DNA of 64,000 nt from Massalongia carnosa (lineage: Eukaryota). This document shows positions 24,991 to 37,124 of the stretch, one piece after another. How positions within the stretch are numbered: the first letter of the stretch is position 1; each line of letters begins with the position of its first letter. The DNA lies in contig OZ287067.1 of the NCBI GenBank assembly GCA_965645245.1, positions 1,178,001 to 1,242,000 of the forward strand. Direction: 5' to 3'. The position numbers and the translations under genes are program-made. Under the pieces are notes generated by a model. That model was not told the DNA's origin. It ran no database searches and was given only the letters and a program-made list of their open reading frames with translations.

Positions 24991-27900
24991 ATGGAGCGCA
25001 TTCGAAACGTCGTTTTACCACGGCGGTTGACGCAGATGTACGCAGATACGAAGCGCTGCTATGAGCATGTAGTGCAAACAAACCAAATCACCAGTCCTCA
25101 ATTGTATTCTCTGTATCGCAAATTACGGATTCAAAAAGACAGGTTGTTCGCTTGGGGTCTTGAATGGAGAGATTCAGGTGCTACCCAACCTGGCGATATC
25201 GATGGCTCACTTGATCGTGCCGGGATCAGCGATCTTGTCGCAAGTATCATGTCATCTATCCACGAGCTGTTATACGAGGCCGAGACCATGCAGTCGCAAA
25301 TCACGAAACCACTACCAGGAGCGTTCCCGGACGATAAAGGCGGAGACTTTGCTGGACGAGATGCGCCAACGAGCGCCCCGAGTGTGGTACGCATGGAAGA
25401 CATTGTAAAGGATTTAACAACATCGATCGACACGCTATATGACCTCTCAAGGACGCAGCAAGTGCTGCCGCGGAAATCCAATGCCCAACCTGAACTGCAA
25501 ACTTCTTCTAAAAGCCCTGCAGCTGGCTTTGAGAAAGAATATCGCTTCGATCCGCAGCAACACGCAATTTCGCCTTATCAGAAAACTCCACCCCTGATGG
25601 CTCTAAACTCTCCCGATCTTGTCTCATCCACTCGCATTTATCCTAATCAACTTCGCATTCCTGAAAGCAAAGTGGTACCTCGCTCCTCACCGCCGTCATA
25701 TGAGTCTGTTGCCGCAGGACTGGAAGATAGAGTCTTCGCCTATCTTTTGACAACCATACCGTCGGACGACACGACGAAGCAATTACAAGACAATCTTTCT
25801 GAAAAGGCTGTTCTGCTTGACTATGGCTGCGTCCAAGACAGCGATTCGTTTCACGCACGATTGCCATCCCTTCGGCGTTACGAAGATCTTGTGACTGCTC
25901 TTCAATCTTCTCAATCTAGCGTGGGAAATTCTCATGCAAGAACCATGAGGGTGATTGGATGGTTTGAAGACCCCCGGCGCCTACGATATGTTTTTGTCTA
26001 CGAAGTACCAACTCCTTCTTTATACACTCCTCTACATGCAAAAGGCAGCTTAGTGCCGCATAGTCTACTCTCATACCTCCAACACGGTGCAGATACTGAT
26101 AGTTCAAACATGCCAAGTCTTGAAGATCGATATCGATTAGCGTTCAATCTAGCTTTAAGCATTCTGCATTTACATGCGAAAGGATTGACTCATCGTAACA
26201 TCAATAGCAACAATGTACTAATTTTTACGGAAGATGGCCAGTCAAACTCCCACGACAATAAGTCCTGGAAAATGGGTGTGATTCGTAATCCTTTTATGAC
26301 TTCGTTTGACCAATGCAACGAGGATGCACCGACACCGCATGAGGAGCCTTTTGTGTCCAACATATATCGCCATCCGCGAGTTGAGCGAGGCCAGCGCAGT
26401 TTATATAGATCTGCGCATGACTATTATAGCCTTGGGCTTATATTGTTAGAGATTGGTCTGTGGATGCCAATACATAAGCTATGGAAGCCCAAGTATGCTC
26501 GATTGGATTTCAAATCAAGAATGCAGAGCGTATATATCAAGAAGCTGGCTGCCAAATGTGGTAGCACTTATATGCGGGTGGTTGACTATTGCTTGAGGGC
26601 GGCAGATGGCGATGTCCACAGTCACGACAAAATACTAGCAGGTTCTCACAAGAGCCAGCAAACCACGAAACTACATACGGATTACTACTGGAAGGCTATC
26701 CGACCGCTGGAGCGCTGCTGCTCAATTGATGACCTGGAAGAACCTAGTGCTGGGGTGGATCATTCCGAAGCAGTTCCTGAAGTTGAAAATACAAAGACAA
26801 AAGGCCAGTTAAGCCATACTCAGATCGAAAGCCAGATCACACCGTCCATTCCAGAGACCAAATCTCAAGATATTGAACCCTCCGTCATTAACGAGGAGAT
26901 AAGACCACAGGCGCCATCAAAACGTAAGCTGAAGATATGGTCACATGAGCTGCCTTTACCTTGCGCGAAGCATTGGTACGCTATAATGTTACCGGAGTTG
27001 GAGCGAATTCTGAAAAGAATCATCGACCGATGGGAATCTTATAGTATAGATTTGTTTATGGTAGGCGAAACTGCAGAACTCGCCAGGCCAACCATCTATA
27101 TGATGTGTGCAAGTGTAGAAAAGGCTCGGAAAGCGCTTCAGTACGTCAACAAGGAAAAGCAACTTTTTGACATCAAGGTTGTCAAAGGCCAAATCAGTCG
27201 CTCTAAAGCCGGCAAGAAGAAACGACGAGGTAAAAAGGACGATAAACCTTCTAAGAAGCCCATTGCAGACAATGTTGAAAGCTCTAGTGAAGACATCCAA
27301 ACATCGAATTCATATTACCAAGAAAGACCGTCGTGTGGAGCATCCATTGGAGCCTATATGGACAAGCAACACCTTCCTCCAGTATCGTTTGGCGGGACTG
27401 TATTGGTCGACGGCGAACCGTATGGCATGAGTGTACATCATATGCTGGAAAATGATGAGCTGGATTTGGGTTTGGACGATAGCGTTAATTTTCAGAGATC
27501 CATGGCCCCCTCTGAGAAGACTGTCACCTTTAACGAAGAGATGGCGAGCCACTCTTGGTGTCCAGAGAAGCTTCCTGAAGTTTTGTATCCTTTTGAGATA
27601 TCCGAAGATGAAGACGAAGGGTATCAATCCTCAGCGGCCGATGACGATTCTTGGCTTTTTGATGGCCCCGAATCCGAAGGTGACCTGGATGAAGATGATG
27701 AAGCAGAGATGGGAGACACCCTGGGTATCGAAGTTAGTCAAGGTAAGGACCTTATCGTCACTCAACCAGCAATCGACGACGTAAGCAATGGATTTTTCCC
27801 GAGGGAGGAGGACATTGATGAGGATCACCTTTCGTCACATAGCTTTGGCCATATCCACGCATCGTCTGGTATCAAGCGTTCATATCAAGGTGGCGTCTTA

Positions 27901-29047
27901 CATGAGGTGGACTGGGCACTGATCAAAGTTAAGGAGAACCGAATGCGTGAAACCAACGTAGTAACTGGGGGAGCGCGGCATTGCGAGTCCAAATTATCTG
28001 GAAAACCGACCAACCTGGATTGTGAGGGGTCCAGCAGGTCGCCGGTTCACGAATCTGCATCCTACCCTTGCCAAGTAGTCAAGGCCGACGAATTAGGTGG
28101 TCTTCGAGTCCATGCCCTTGGGCGTACTAGTGGGCTACAGTCAGGTGTCATTTTACCTACCATGACGATCGTGAAGATGCCTGGCAGAGTTACTTCCTCC
28201 CACAGCTGGCAGGTCATGGGGAATTTTGGAGGTACGTTGTTCCCCTTCAGTGCCTGACTTTGGCCTTGGACCTTGGAATGTCTCCATCAACCTGTTCTAT
28301 CTTCTACTTAAAGCATCGCTAATCCTCCCGTAGTAGGTGGAGATTCTGGCGCTTGGGTCATGGACAACGCCTCTGGCCGCGTATGCGCACACGTCCTGGC
28401 TTGGTCTCAAAGGAACAACAGGGCCTACATCGCGCCCATGGAGGTGCTTCTGGATGACATGTCGCAAACACTGGGTGTAAAGGTAACACTGCCGCAACAA
28501 GAACTAGCAGCATTAACGGCAACCGCGGATCAGAAAGAGTTGGAAATTGAGGGTTGGAAGAATTCGCAATGTATCTCGTAAGTTTCCAGAAAATACCTCA
28601 TGAAAATTAGAGCAAACTCTAACTGCCCCCAGCGATGGCAACGGCAATATTCTTCAAAACGTTCAAATAGACCACTCCACCACTTCCACACCTTCATCCC
28701 TATTCCCAAAGTCCTCCACTCGACCGCAACCAACCACCACCACCACCACCACCACCACAGCCTCCAGCTCCAGGCCCTCCTTCCCCCCCTCTCCCTCACA
28801 AACCGACTACCCCACCCCCTCTCCCAGCCCCCCGTTAGCCACTTCCCCCCCACCCCCCCCTTTCCCCACAATCGACACAATCGCCCATCGCTTCCCTAGC
28901 ACCGAATCCTTGCACACCATTAGCACGACATACGCGCCGCGAGAGATGCTCGATGGGGGAGAGGACGGAAGGGGCCAAGAGAGGGGCAGGGGAGGGAGAA
29001 TCGGGAACGTGGAGAGGGTACGGGGAGGAGTGAAGACGAAGGGGTGA
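24991..29047 (+). CDS. HeLo-like (HET-s/LopB) domain + pseudokinase + chymotrypsin/Ssy5-like serine protease fusion (about 1299 aa; exons 24991-28231, 28334-28577, 28633-29047; ends at 28581 if the last intron is retained)
   Basis: N-terminal KLRIQKDRLFAWGLEW (HeLo-type RLxxWG). Kinase-fold motifs LEDRYRLAFNLA..LHLHAKGLTHRNINSNNV, YRHP and DYYSLGLILLEIGLW. Protease motifs CGASIG, GMSVHHML, DWALIKV, GRTSG and GDSGAWV. Confidence 0.85.
28733..28756 (+). repeat. (ACC)8 microsatellite, encoding a poly-Thr run in the predicted last exon
   Basis: Read directly from the sequence. Confidence 0.9.
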
Positions 29048-30139
29048 TTTGCTCAGGGTGTGGGCGAGGCCCCTTTGTTTTCGATTTTTAAGGAAGTCAG
29101 AAGAGAAGAAAGGTGCATTGGAGTTTCCAGATGGAGAGATAGGTGTTGCATGCCGTGTCGTTCGGGCGATGGAGACAAGAGAGAGGGTTATGGGAGGGGG
29201 GGGTTGGACGAACGAGGTCAGCCAGGGCGCTGATGAGCCAGCCATACATACCATACCATCGACGGGGGAGTATAACTCCGACCAATCACCGGCCCTTTAC
29301 CCGGACGACTTGGCGAAAAGAGGGGGAAGGGGGTTGGGTATCGGTTTACTCTATGTAGGTAAGTAAGTAGGCGCGTAGGAATATCTGGTTGGTTGTTACT
29401 TAGTCAAATAGTTAGCAGGCGTAGCGGGCGGGCGGGGCGGGCGGGGGTATGTGCGTGCGTGCGTTTAGGACACACGAGATATGTATCTTCGATATTAAAT
29501 CAATTCAAGCTATTCAAGCAATCCGTCGCGTTCAATCGTCCGCCCTCCCCCCCTTCCCCCGAAGCCAGCCGGGCAAGATTGATATAGATTAATAGATAGG
29601 TAAAAAAATTAAAAATAAAAAAATAATAAAAAATAATAAAAAATTCGCTGAGCAAAGCAATAACAAACTCAGGTGTTTCTTTAGGCGAAGGTGAATGGAT
29701 GGATGGAATAGGTACGGGTAGGTAGGTACCCAAGTTTAGCTGGGAAGCGGACTTTTCTCGTTTTCCTTTGTTTTTATTTTAGGAGAGAAGTGGGTTGGGT
29801 AAACATCTTTGTAGTTATGTCTCCCTTCACTAACTAACCAATCATTCAGGCCAGTCGGATCCCAGTGGGGGTGGAGGTGAAAGCTGCGGGAAAGGGAGGA
29901 GGATAATCTGGACGAAGGTGGAAACAGAGCGCGAGAGCGTATGTGTTTCTTTCTCGTCCTTGATGGTTGTACACGGGAAATTACCACTCTATCTTAGAGC
30001 CCTCCTCTCCCCTCCACGGTCCCCGGCGTCCATTCATCCTCGTTCATCCGAAAATGCTAGGAACCCAGCTCACACCGTTTCTAACCCCGTAGCTCGGCGC
30101 GGCTCTCGCCTCTCTCTGCAAATGCGCCGCTTTGTTAAT

Positions 30140-33100
30140 TTAGGGAAAGGAAGAAAGACTCAGGGTTCTAAGGCGGGATTGCGCGGCGTCGACGAGGGCC
30201 GATCTATAGGGTGGGCAAGTTAGTTTGTGGGGTGTTTCGAGATTATTTTGTAGATAAACTTCTAAGGGACGAGTGGAAGGAAAGGGAGGGAAGGGGGATG
30301 AGAAAGGACAAGGACGAACTCTCGATCCAAAAGCTCCATCACTTGCGCCACTTTCGCTTTCCGGAAGTCCGGTGGGATCTTAAACGTTTTGCCCTTGACA
30401 TTTCTGTTCGTATGAACGGCGTTGCTGTCGTCGTTGCTATAGTCATTATTTTCTCGGTTAGACGAGCCTTCTTGTAGGATCTCCTTGGCGCGGGCAAGGA
30501 GACCTTGAGCTAGAGTTTTGGCCTTTTTGGTTTTGGTTAATTAGCGCAACGAATTAGCGAGAACGAGGGCAAGAGCTTGGGGGCATGTATGCGTACCTCG
30601 TTGTATCTTTGCCATGGCTGGGAATGGGCTTGATCTCCATTCTGATCTTGCGCATCCGCACTAGGTTGCAGCGCCGACTTCTCCATCTGATCCACCTCGG
30701 CGATGAAGAGCTCTTCTTTCTCGCTGAGAATACTTCCACGGGACTGCGCAAGATCAGACCTCAGTTTGTCATGGCGTGACCTCAGGTCCTTCTGTCGCTT
30801 CTTCGCATCTTCTAATCGTTGTTCAAGACCCGTGTTTCCCCTTTCCCTTTCCAATGTCTCCCTTTCGCCTTGTACTCTATACTCGTCCGCGTCATTGCCT
30901 AGTACGATATCTATCTTGTAGGCAGCTTCGTTCGCCCGATGAATCTGGTCGCGAAGCTCGTCTTGTAAGCGCTCGCAGCGTCGGAAAAGATCCGCCGCCG
31001 CAACGCCAAGCTGATACGTTTCTTCGCTAAGGATGCGGTGCGCGTCCGTCATCAAATCAAGAGTAGTGGCTGAAAGGCGGATTTCCTCCTTCAGCGCCTT
31101 TTTATGGCGGCTTTGGAGGTGCTTGTCGAAGAATTTAGGGAGCGATGACGACGCCCAGAAGGATTCGGGGGGTTCGTATGGCGCTCTGGTGGGACCAATG
31201 GCGAGCATGCTCTTGTCTGGCTCATATTGATATTCTTCGTCGAATGGGAAAGTCTCCAACGTTTCCCCGTCCGGTCTGTCAAGGGTTGCTGCTCGTGGCT
31301 GCCCTGCGACAGCAGTCAGCAGGAAGTAGCCTATGTCTGAATCCTGCAACACAACGCAAGCGATGGCGGAATCAACATGGTCAACACGATTCCCCTGGCC
31401 AAAGTCCAAAATCCGTTCCCGGAGCGTGCCTGGGCCATTTTTGAGAACATTTATGCGAAACGCGGAGCCAATGTTGCTGGTATTCTGAAGTTCATTTTCA
31501 AGGCTGTGGAGCCACGAATCAAAGGAGAGAAAATACACCCCTTTGCTGTGAGTGACAAAGAATGAATATCGGGAATACACGTCAGGGCTAAAAGAAGGCC
31601 ATCCGTCATTGATTGTATCGTTGGATCGGAGAGTGTCTACCACTTCAAAAAGGACCAGAGAAGCTTCCTGTGAAGAAGGCAAAGTATTGGTCGACTTAAT
31701 ATACTATATTAGCGTAATCAACCAAGACATGACATGAGAATTCAATTAGATTACCTTCGTACTAGGCAGCCACTCTCCCTCCACTCCGTCCAGGTCTAAG
31801 CATAGATACACCCTTCCATCCTTCGTCACTAGACAAATCACCGAAGCCGATAGCCCACCTTCATCCAGTGCTTCTGATTCAAAATCCGAGTCTTCCCCGT
31901 TCATAAGCTCTTCCACGTCCATTCTAGCCGCCGTTACGTAAATATCAGATATCTCCAGAATTTCCTCCGAATCTTCGGAAAGTATCTGAAAAGGCCCTTG
32001 TAGCCTAGGGATTGGACCTGGATGCGAAGGACGGCCATAAACTTCGGTGCAAGGAGAGAATTCGGTGGATCCTGGCACCAAGATTGGCTCCTGACCATCA
32101 ATATCTGATATCCATCGATACTGATCCCTTTGACGCCGTGACTCTTCCGAATCCAACAACTCTTCGTCTTGTTGCGCAGCGCTTTTCGCCACAGCAGCAA
32201 TTGAGAGAGAAGGAATTAGCGTCGACGATGGCTGCCATTTCGTAGGTAAAAGAGGACACAATGCATATACGTCGCCGTCCTGCATTGCTACCCATAACGT
32301 CATTGCAGACCAAGGCGATTCAGAACTCGAGCCAGTGCCTCCAAAACAAGCTGACACGACTTCCATGCCGACCGAGTCGGGTGAAAACCCCCTATTTCGG
32401 CCAATTCTCTGTGGGGCAAAGTCTTCTTGCTCCGAAGTCCCTACGACGAGCTTCGTCAGATCTATAGCCAGGGTAGGACTGTCGAAAGACCAGCGATTGT
32501 CACGATTGAGCTCCCATATGCGTACCACCGCATCTGCTGTCACCGTGACCAAACAGCTTCCAGACAAGCCGCAAGGATGCCACAAACCCCGAACAACACG
32601 TGATTGCGATAGGACATGTGTGGTCGGTCCAATCGTATTTCCCTTGAGCTTGATAGGATCAAAACTCCCCTGGCCTAGATGTAAAGGATCAGGAAGCACG
32701 ACGACGTGAACGGTATGTGAGGTCAAAACAGCGAGGAAAGTGCCATTCGGCGATATCGAAAGCTGTTGTATTTCTTCGCCGATTGCAAATTTCAGAACCT
32801 AAAGGGAACTTAATAAGATAGGTTTAGATTTGAGGGATAGAGATTCCCCACCCTGTAACTTCCTTTTCTAAAATCCTCCTCCTCCACCTCCTGCTCTAGG
32901 CCTGTTGCTACATGGCCATTTGGCCTTCTCTTGCTCTGGCGGTTCTGCTTTTGATGCTCCTCCCAATTCTCTTTCAGCATACACAGATCGGACCACCGAA
33001 TTTCGTTTTCCACAACGACGAATATCTCGGTGCCTCTTCTTGCAATTGTTCTCCGGGGGCCACTCAAAGTCTTCTTGTTTGAAAATCCATTTTGCAGCTG

Positions 33101-33220
33101 TGGTGATACTTTTTCCGCTATTGGGCCGGAAATCGTAGAAGTATGTGCCGAGGAGAAAAGATGGAAGCCCGGCGACGGCCTAGACAGCCATGAGGGCGTG
33201 TAAGAAATAATCTTGGGCAT
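30140..33220 (-). CDS. NUP82: Nucleoporin Nup82/Nup88 (925 aa; exons 33220-32852, 32798-31755, 31694-30597, 30522-30320, 30203-30140)
   Basis: N-terminus MPKIISYTPSWLSRPSPGF, a beta-propeller region (LSISPNGTFLAVLTSHTVHV, LWHP...LVTVTADAVVRIWE, GDVYALCPLLP) and a C-terminal coiled coil (AAADLFRRCERLQDEL). Four introns keep the frame. Confidence 0.85.
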
Positions 33221-33515
33221 CTTCCACTTCTCAACACAACAAGGCCAGCCAATGCCTTGAAATTAATAGATTGAATGTCTTGGTAACTCGTGTCTGAGTA
33301 GAAACGAATTCACCTGTTTATAATGGTAAGAATAAATATTTCACTGCTCCTAGGATCATGCGTGAGCACAAACGCGGAAGGGATGGCGCGTGGTGAAGGC
33401 TTATAGACTAGCGCAACATCTGAACTTAACAACTCAAAGGTATCTATCTTTCTTTCTTTTAAAGCGTCTTTCCACATCAACCAACAACGGCAATCAGCAA
33501 ATCACCAAGCACGTC
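33221..33515. promoter_or_regulatory. Short bidirectional promoter region shared by NUP82 and CBC2
   Basis: Two start codons lie head-to-head, 295 bp apart. Confidence 0.55.
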
Positions 33516-34298
33516 ATGCCAGCAGTAAAGCGAAGCACTGTTGATAGGCTTGATAAACCTAGCGCGTACTATCTAGGAAGAGTAAGTCTTGTTGATGCGG
33601 AGCGGAATGCTCTTTTTGGGACGCAAACTAAACAACGACGGGATCGCTATGGCGACAGAATAAGAAGCGCAAGCACGGAAGAGATCATGACGACCGGGAT
33701 GACCGGGATCGAACACCTGAGGAGCCCGAGGATCCACTGAAAGACGCTGCAACACTATATGTCGGCAACCTGTCCGTCTTCATTCCTCTCCGCGTCACCA
33801 AGCATTAAAGCCTGATGTCCTGCAGGTCCTTCTACACTACGGAAGAACAGATTCATGAGCTGTTTGCTAAGTAAATCATTGCATCCTATGTTTTCAATTT
33901 TCATGCTGATTCGAGGTAGGTGTGGTGAGATCAAGAGACTTGTCATGGGCTTGGACCGGTTCAACAAGACACCGTGTGGATTTTGCTTTGTGGAGTACTA
34001 CAACCACCAGGATGCTCTGGACTGCATGAAATATATTGGAGGCACCAAACTTGATGAGCGGATCATTCGCACAGATTTAGATCCCGGCTTCCAAGAAGGA
34101 CGACAATATGGGTCCGCGAAGTGCCTCCGAGCCCTTATAAGTAGCTCAAGCTGACAGCTGTTATATAGACGGGGCAAGTCTGGTGGTCAAGTGCGCGATG
34201 AATATCGGGACGAGTATGATCCAGGCCGGGGAGGATATGGTCGGGCTATCGCAGAGGAGCGCCTGAAAGAGGAGGAGGAGTATGGTAAAGGCAGATAA
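33516..34298 (+). CDS. CBC2: Nuclear cap-binding complex subunit 2 (CBP20) (181 aa; exons 33516-33581, 33659-33771, 33826-33870, 33920-34111, 34169-34298)
   Basis: RRM motifs [20 protein letters not shown] and [18 protein letters not shown], plus [26 protein letters not shown], reassembled across four introns. Confidence 0.97.
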
Positions 34299-34441
34299 AG
34301 TTTTGCACAAAACCATTTGGAGTATATGTGAAAGCAAGCGTTCCACTTTAGGAGGTCTGCGCAAGGTGCCCTCGTCATTTACATGCAAAATAAACGTCCC
34401 AAATTTATGAAGGTCATGGAGGTTTGCCGGCCAACTACGTA

Positions 34442-35336
34442 TCAACATTTTTCTAAGCCGTTAGCATATTTTTCATCCAGAACCGCTTTCTTCACCTGTT
34501 CTAACCACCAGGCATGGATTCTCGGATCCTGTGTTAGCTCGGGATGAAAGCTGGTCCCGAACACATTTCCCTGCATTACGGCTACAACATCTCCAGCCTT
34601 CTCATCTAATGTTGCCACCGCCGCTTGGCTTAGAACCGCCTGACTCCGGCCCGGCAGTGTGGCCATTATCTCGACCGGCCTGTGTACCGGTGACTTTCTC
34701 CACGAGTCGCGCTCATGAGCAATCACCATCCCCTCCAGCGCGGCCTCCTCAGTCTGTTCTCCTCGTACGGTCGGCAGCAGCTTTTCGACCACGGGCGCAC
34801 GGATGAAGATGCCATTGAAGGGCTGGGGCTCAAGCGTTTTGTCTTGGGTCGTCAAGAATGGTAGACTCAACGGAGCCTCGAAGCTTTCGGTTTGCCTGCC
34901 AAAATAGTTTCGATTCACCCTCACGTCCAGGCCGCCAATCAAGTCTTGTCCCCCTTTCTTTGTTCGATTCGCCGATTCCGCCAGCAAAATCAGCCCGGCG
35001 CATGTGCCCCACGTCGGTTTACGGTGCAACCTGTAGGCGAACATGTGAGCCAGCTCCCACCACGAGCTGGGTATGGCGCACGTACTTGACAAAGTCTCGC
35101 AACGGCTCTAGAAGATTGGAGCGCGCTGCGACCAGCGATACCGTGGTGCTTTCGCCGCCGGGGACGATGAGACCGTCGCATTCGGCAAGTTGTTCCGACG
35201 TGCGGACCTCGACGAAGGTCCATTCCACGATAGGCGGAGGGGCTGTCAACTGCGCAGAAGCTTGGCGAAGAAGTTTCAGATGTTCGTAGAATGCACCTTG
35301 TAAGGCCAACACGCCTACCGTGATATGTGTGGTCAT
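34442..35336 (-). CDS. SNO1: Pyridoxal 5'-phosphate synthase glutaminase subunit PDX2/SNO/PyroB (279 aa; exons 35336-35086, 35030-34442)
   Basis: Motifs VGVLALQGAF.EH, PGGESTT, WGTCAGLILLA (catalytic Cys), RNYFGRQ.ESF, FIRAP and TSFHPELT. Confidence 0.96.
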
Positions 35337-37124
35337 TGAAGTCGCGTATGAATCATCGCCGAAATCACTTTTTCATGGGTGGTGCATGGGAACATTTTCT
35401 CGTTATGTCATCATCCATCGGTCGCCAAGCCGGTTTTATCCGCGGCCCCATTCCGCACTTTTCCCGTGGATCTTTCCAATGAGATCTAGGGTACATAGTA
35501 CTCTGTACAGAGTATACAGTCACGCTTCCGTCCACGACTCGGGGTATCTGGTTAAGCATGTCCATCTCCAGAAGACCTCGCAAAGTACAGAGTCACTAAG
35601 TAATTGGCTAGTTCCCTTAGGTACCTCACTACTTGGGTCGTTCCACTGGATACCTATACGAACAAATCTATAGATATGTACAGAGTGCCTTTCTCTACCC
35701 CTCGAAAAATCACATGACAAGCCGCACGATGCGAGTCATTTCGTTCGTCGCTTTCCGAGAAGTTACATAGGCACGTGAAAGGTTACAAGGTACGTACACC
35801 ACAACTCCGCCAGGGAAAGGGGTAGTTAGTCGGATAAAACCTAGATAAGAAATCGCGATGCTATGCGAGAATCCAAATATGTTTTTGGGTTTCAATTCCC
35901 TTTTCGGGTTGCAAAGTATCAAACAACCAAGGTACATGTATATCTTCTCCGTTGAACGTTAGCTATTCAGTTGGACAAAGCCACGATGGAGTACGAGTAC
36001 ATCTAGAACAATCGTATCTCTCACAAACCTTAACCACGGAGCTATTCTATCGATGCAGGTAACAAATCACAACCGCTCCCAACATAGGTCACTCCCTCTC
36101 TCCCTATCCATCTACTCAACCCCAGTGTTTTTCCAGCCCCCCTTCTCCCTCCTTCCCCCCTCCCCCTCTGCAAACACAAACTCCCCCCAAAACCTCCTCT
36201 AGCTTTCCACCTGGTAGCTTTTCTCTCTACCCTTCCAGAACCCATTTCAGCCCCAAATCCAAATCTAACCCCCCTCCCCCCCCAAAACAATAACAAACCC
36301 TATTCTGGATCCCGAACAACGGTTCCCACCCATCCTGGACCCCTCGCAGGGGCCCTTCGACGACTTATGGTTTTCCCCCGCTTCCGAAAGTCTCGCAATC
36401 TCTCATTAAGTTGTCAACACATGTACGCAAGGCACCATCCTTTTCCTTTTCCTTTTCCTTTTCTGATTCTGATTATGATTATGATTGATTGCTTACCGGG
36501 TTACTACTCCATACAAGCTTCAAAATCCGCCCCTACATAAAATGAATCAAAGCAAGACGTACTTCGAGGGAGGATCGTCTTCATCCACAAGCTTGAAAAC
36601 ATAAAGTGGATTTTCCAAATCCATATCTTCGCGCGATAGGTAGTAAACTTGGTTTCTTTAGAAATCAGAGAAAACCCACGCGATCCGCTCCTTCGCTCCC
36701 CTTATGGAAATGAGACCTCGCAAATGATGGAAGCCGGATAACAACCCCGTAATCGGCTGGTACGATGGATTCATCACGAAAGTAAAAAGAAGACATTAGC
36801 ATTAAATTTATACTAATGATACAACCCTGTCTAATGGAGTTTTCAACCGTATGACAACCTAAAACAAATAGTCCTCCTCGTTGTATAGTACTGTGAAGAT
36901 AAGATTTGTAGGTAAACAACCCATCGACGCTTTTCGCAGCCGTGAATCTTGTACAAGCAAAGGAAACAAGTGCTTAAGCCGATTTACCAGGGCGTGTTTG
37001 CCCAGCAGCTGTCGGCATAAGTGACGAGGGATTTCTGGGGTGCTATGGATCGGCTGTCAAATACAGATTCAATGCACTCCCTCCTTTCCTTCCCCCAAGG
37101 GTTCTCAGGGGTGGATCAGAGGGG

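Noticed and set aside
35337..37124. Expected divergent SNZ/PDX1 partner of SNO1
   Set aside because: No PDX1-like coding sequence is present. Unlinked PDX1 and PDX2 genes are known in filamentous fungi, so this is not remarkable.
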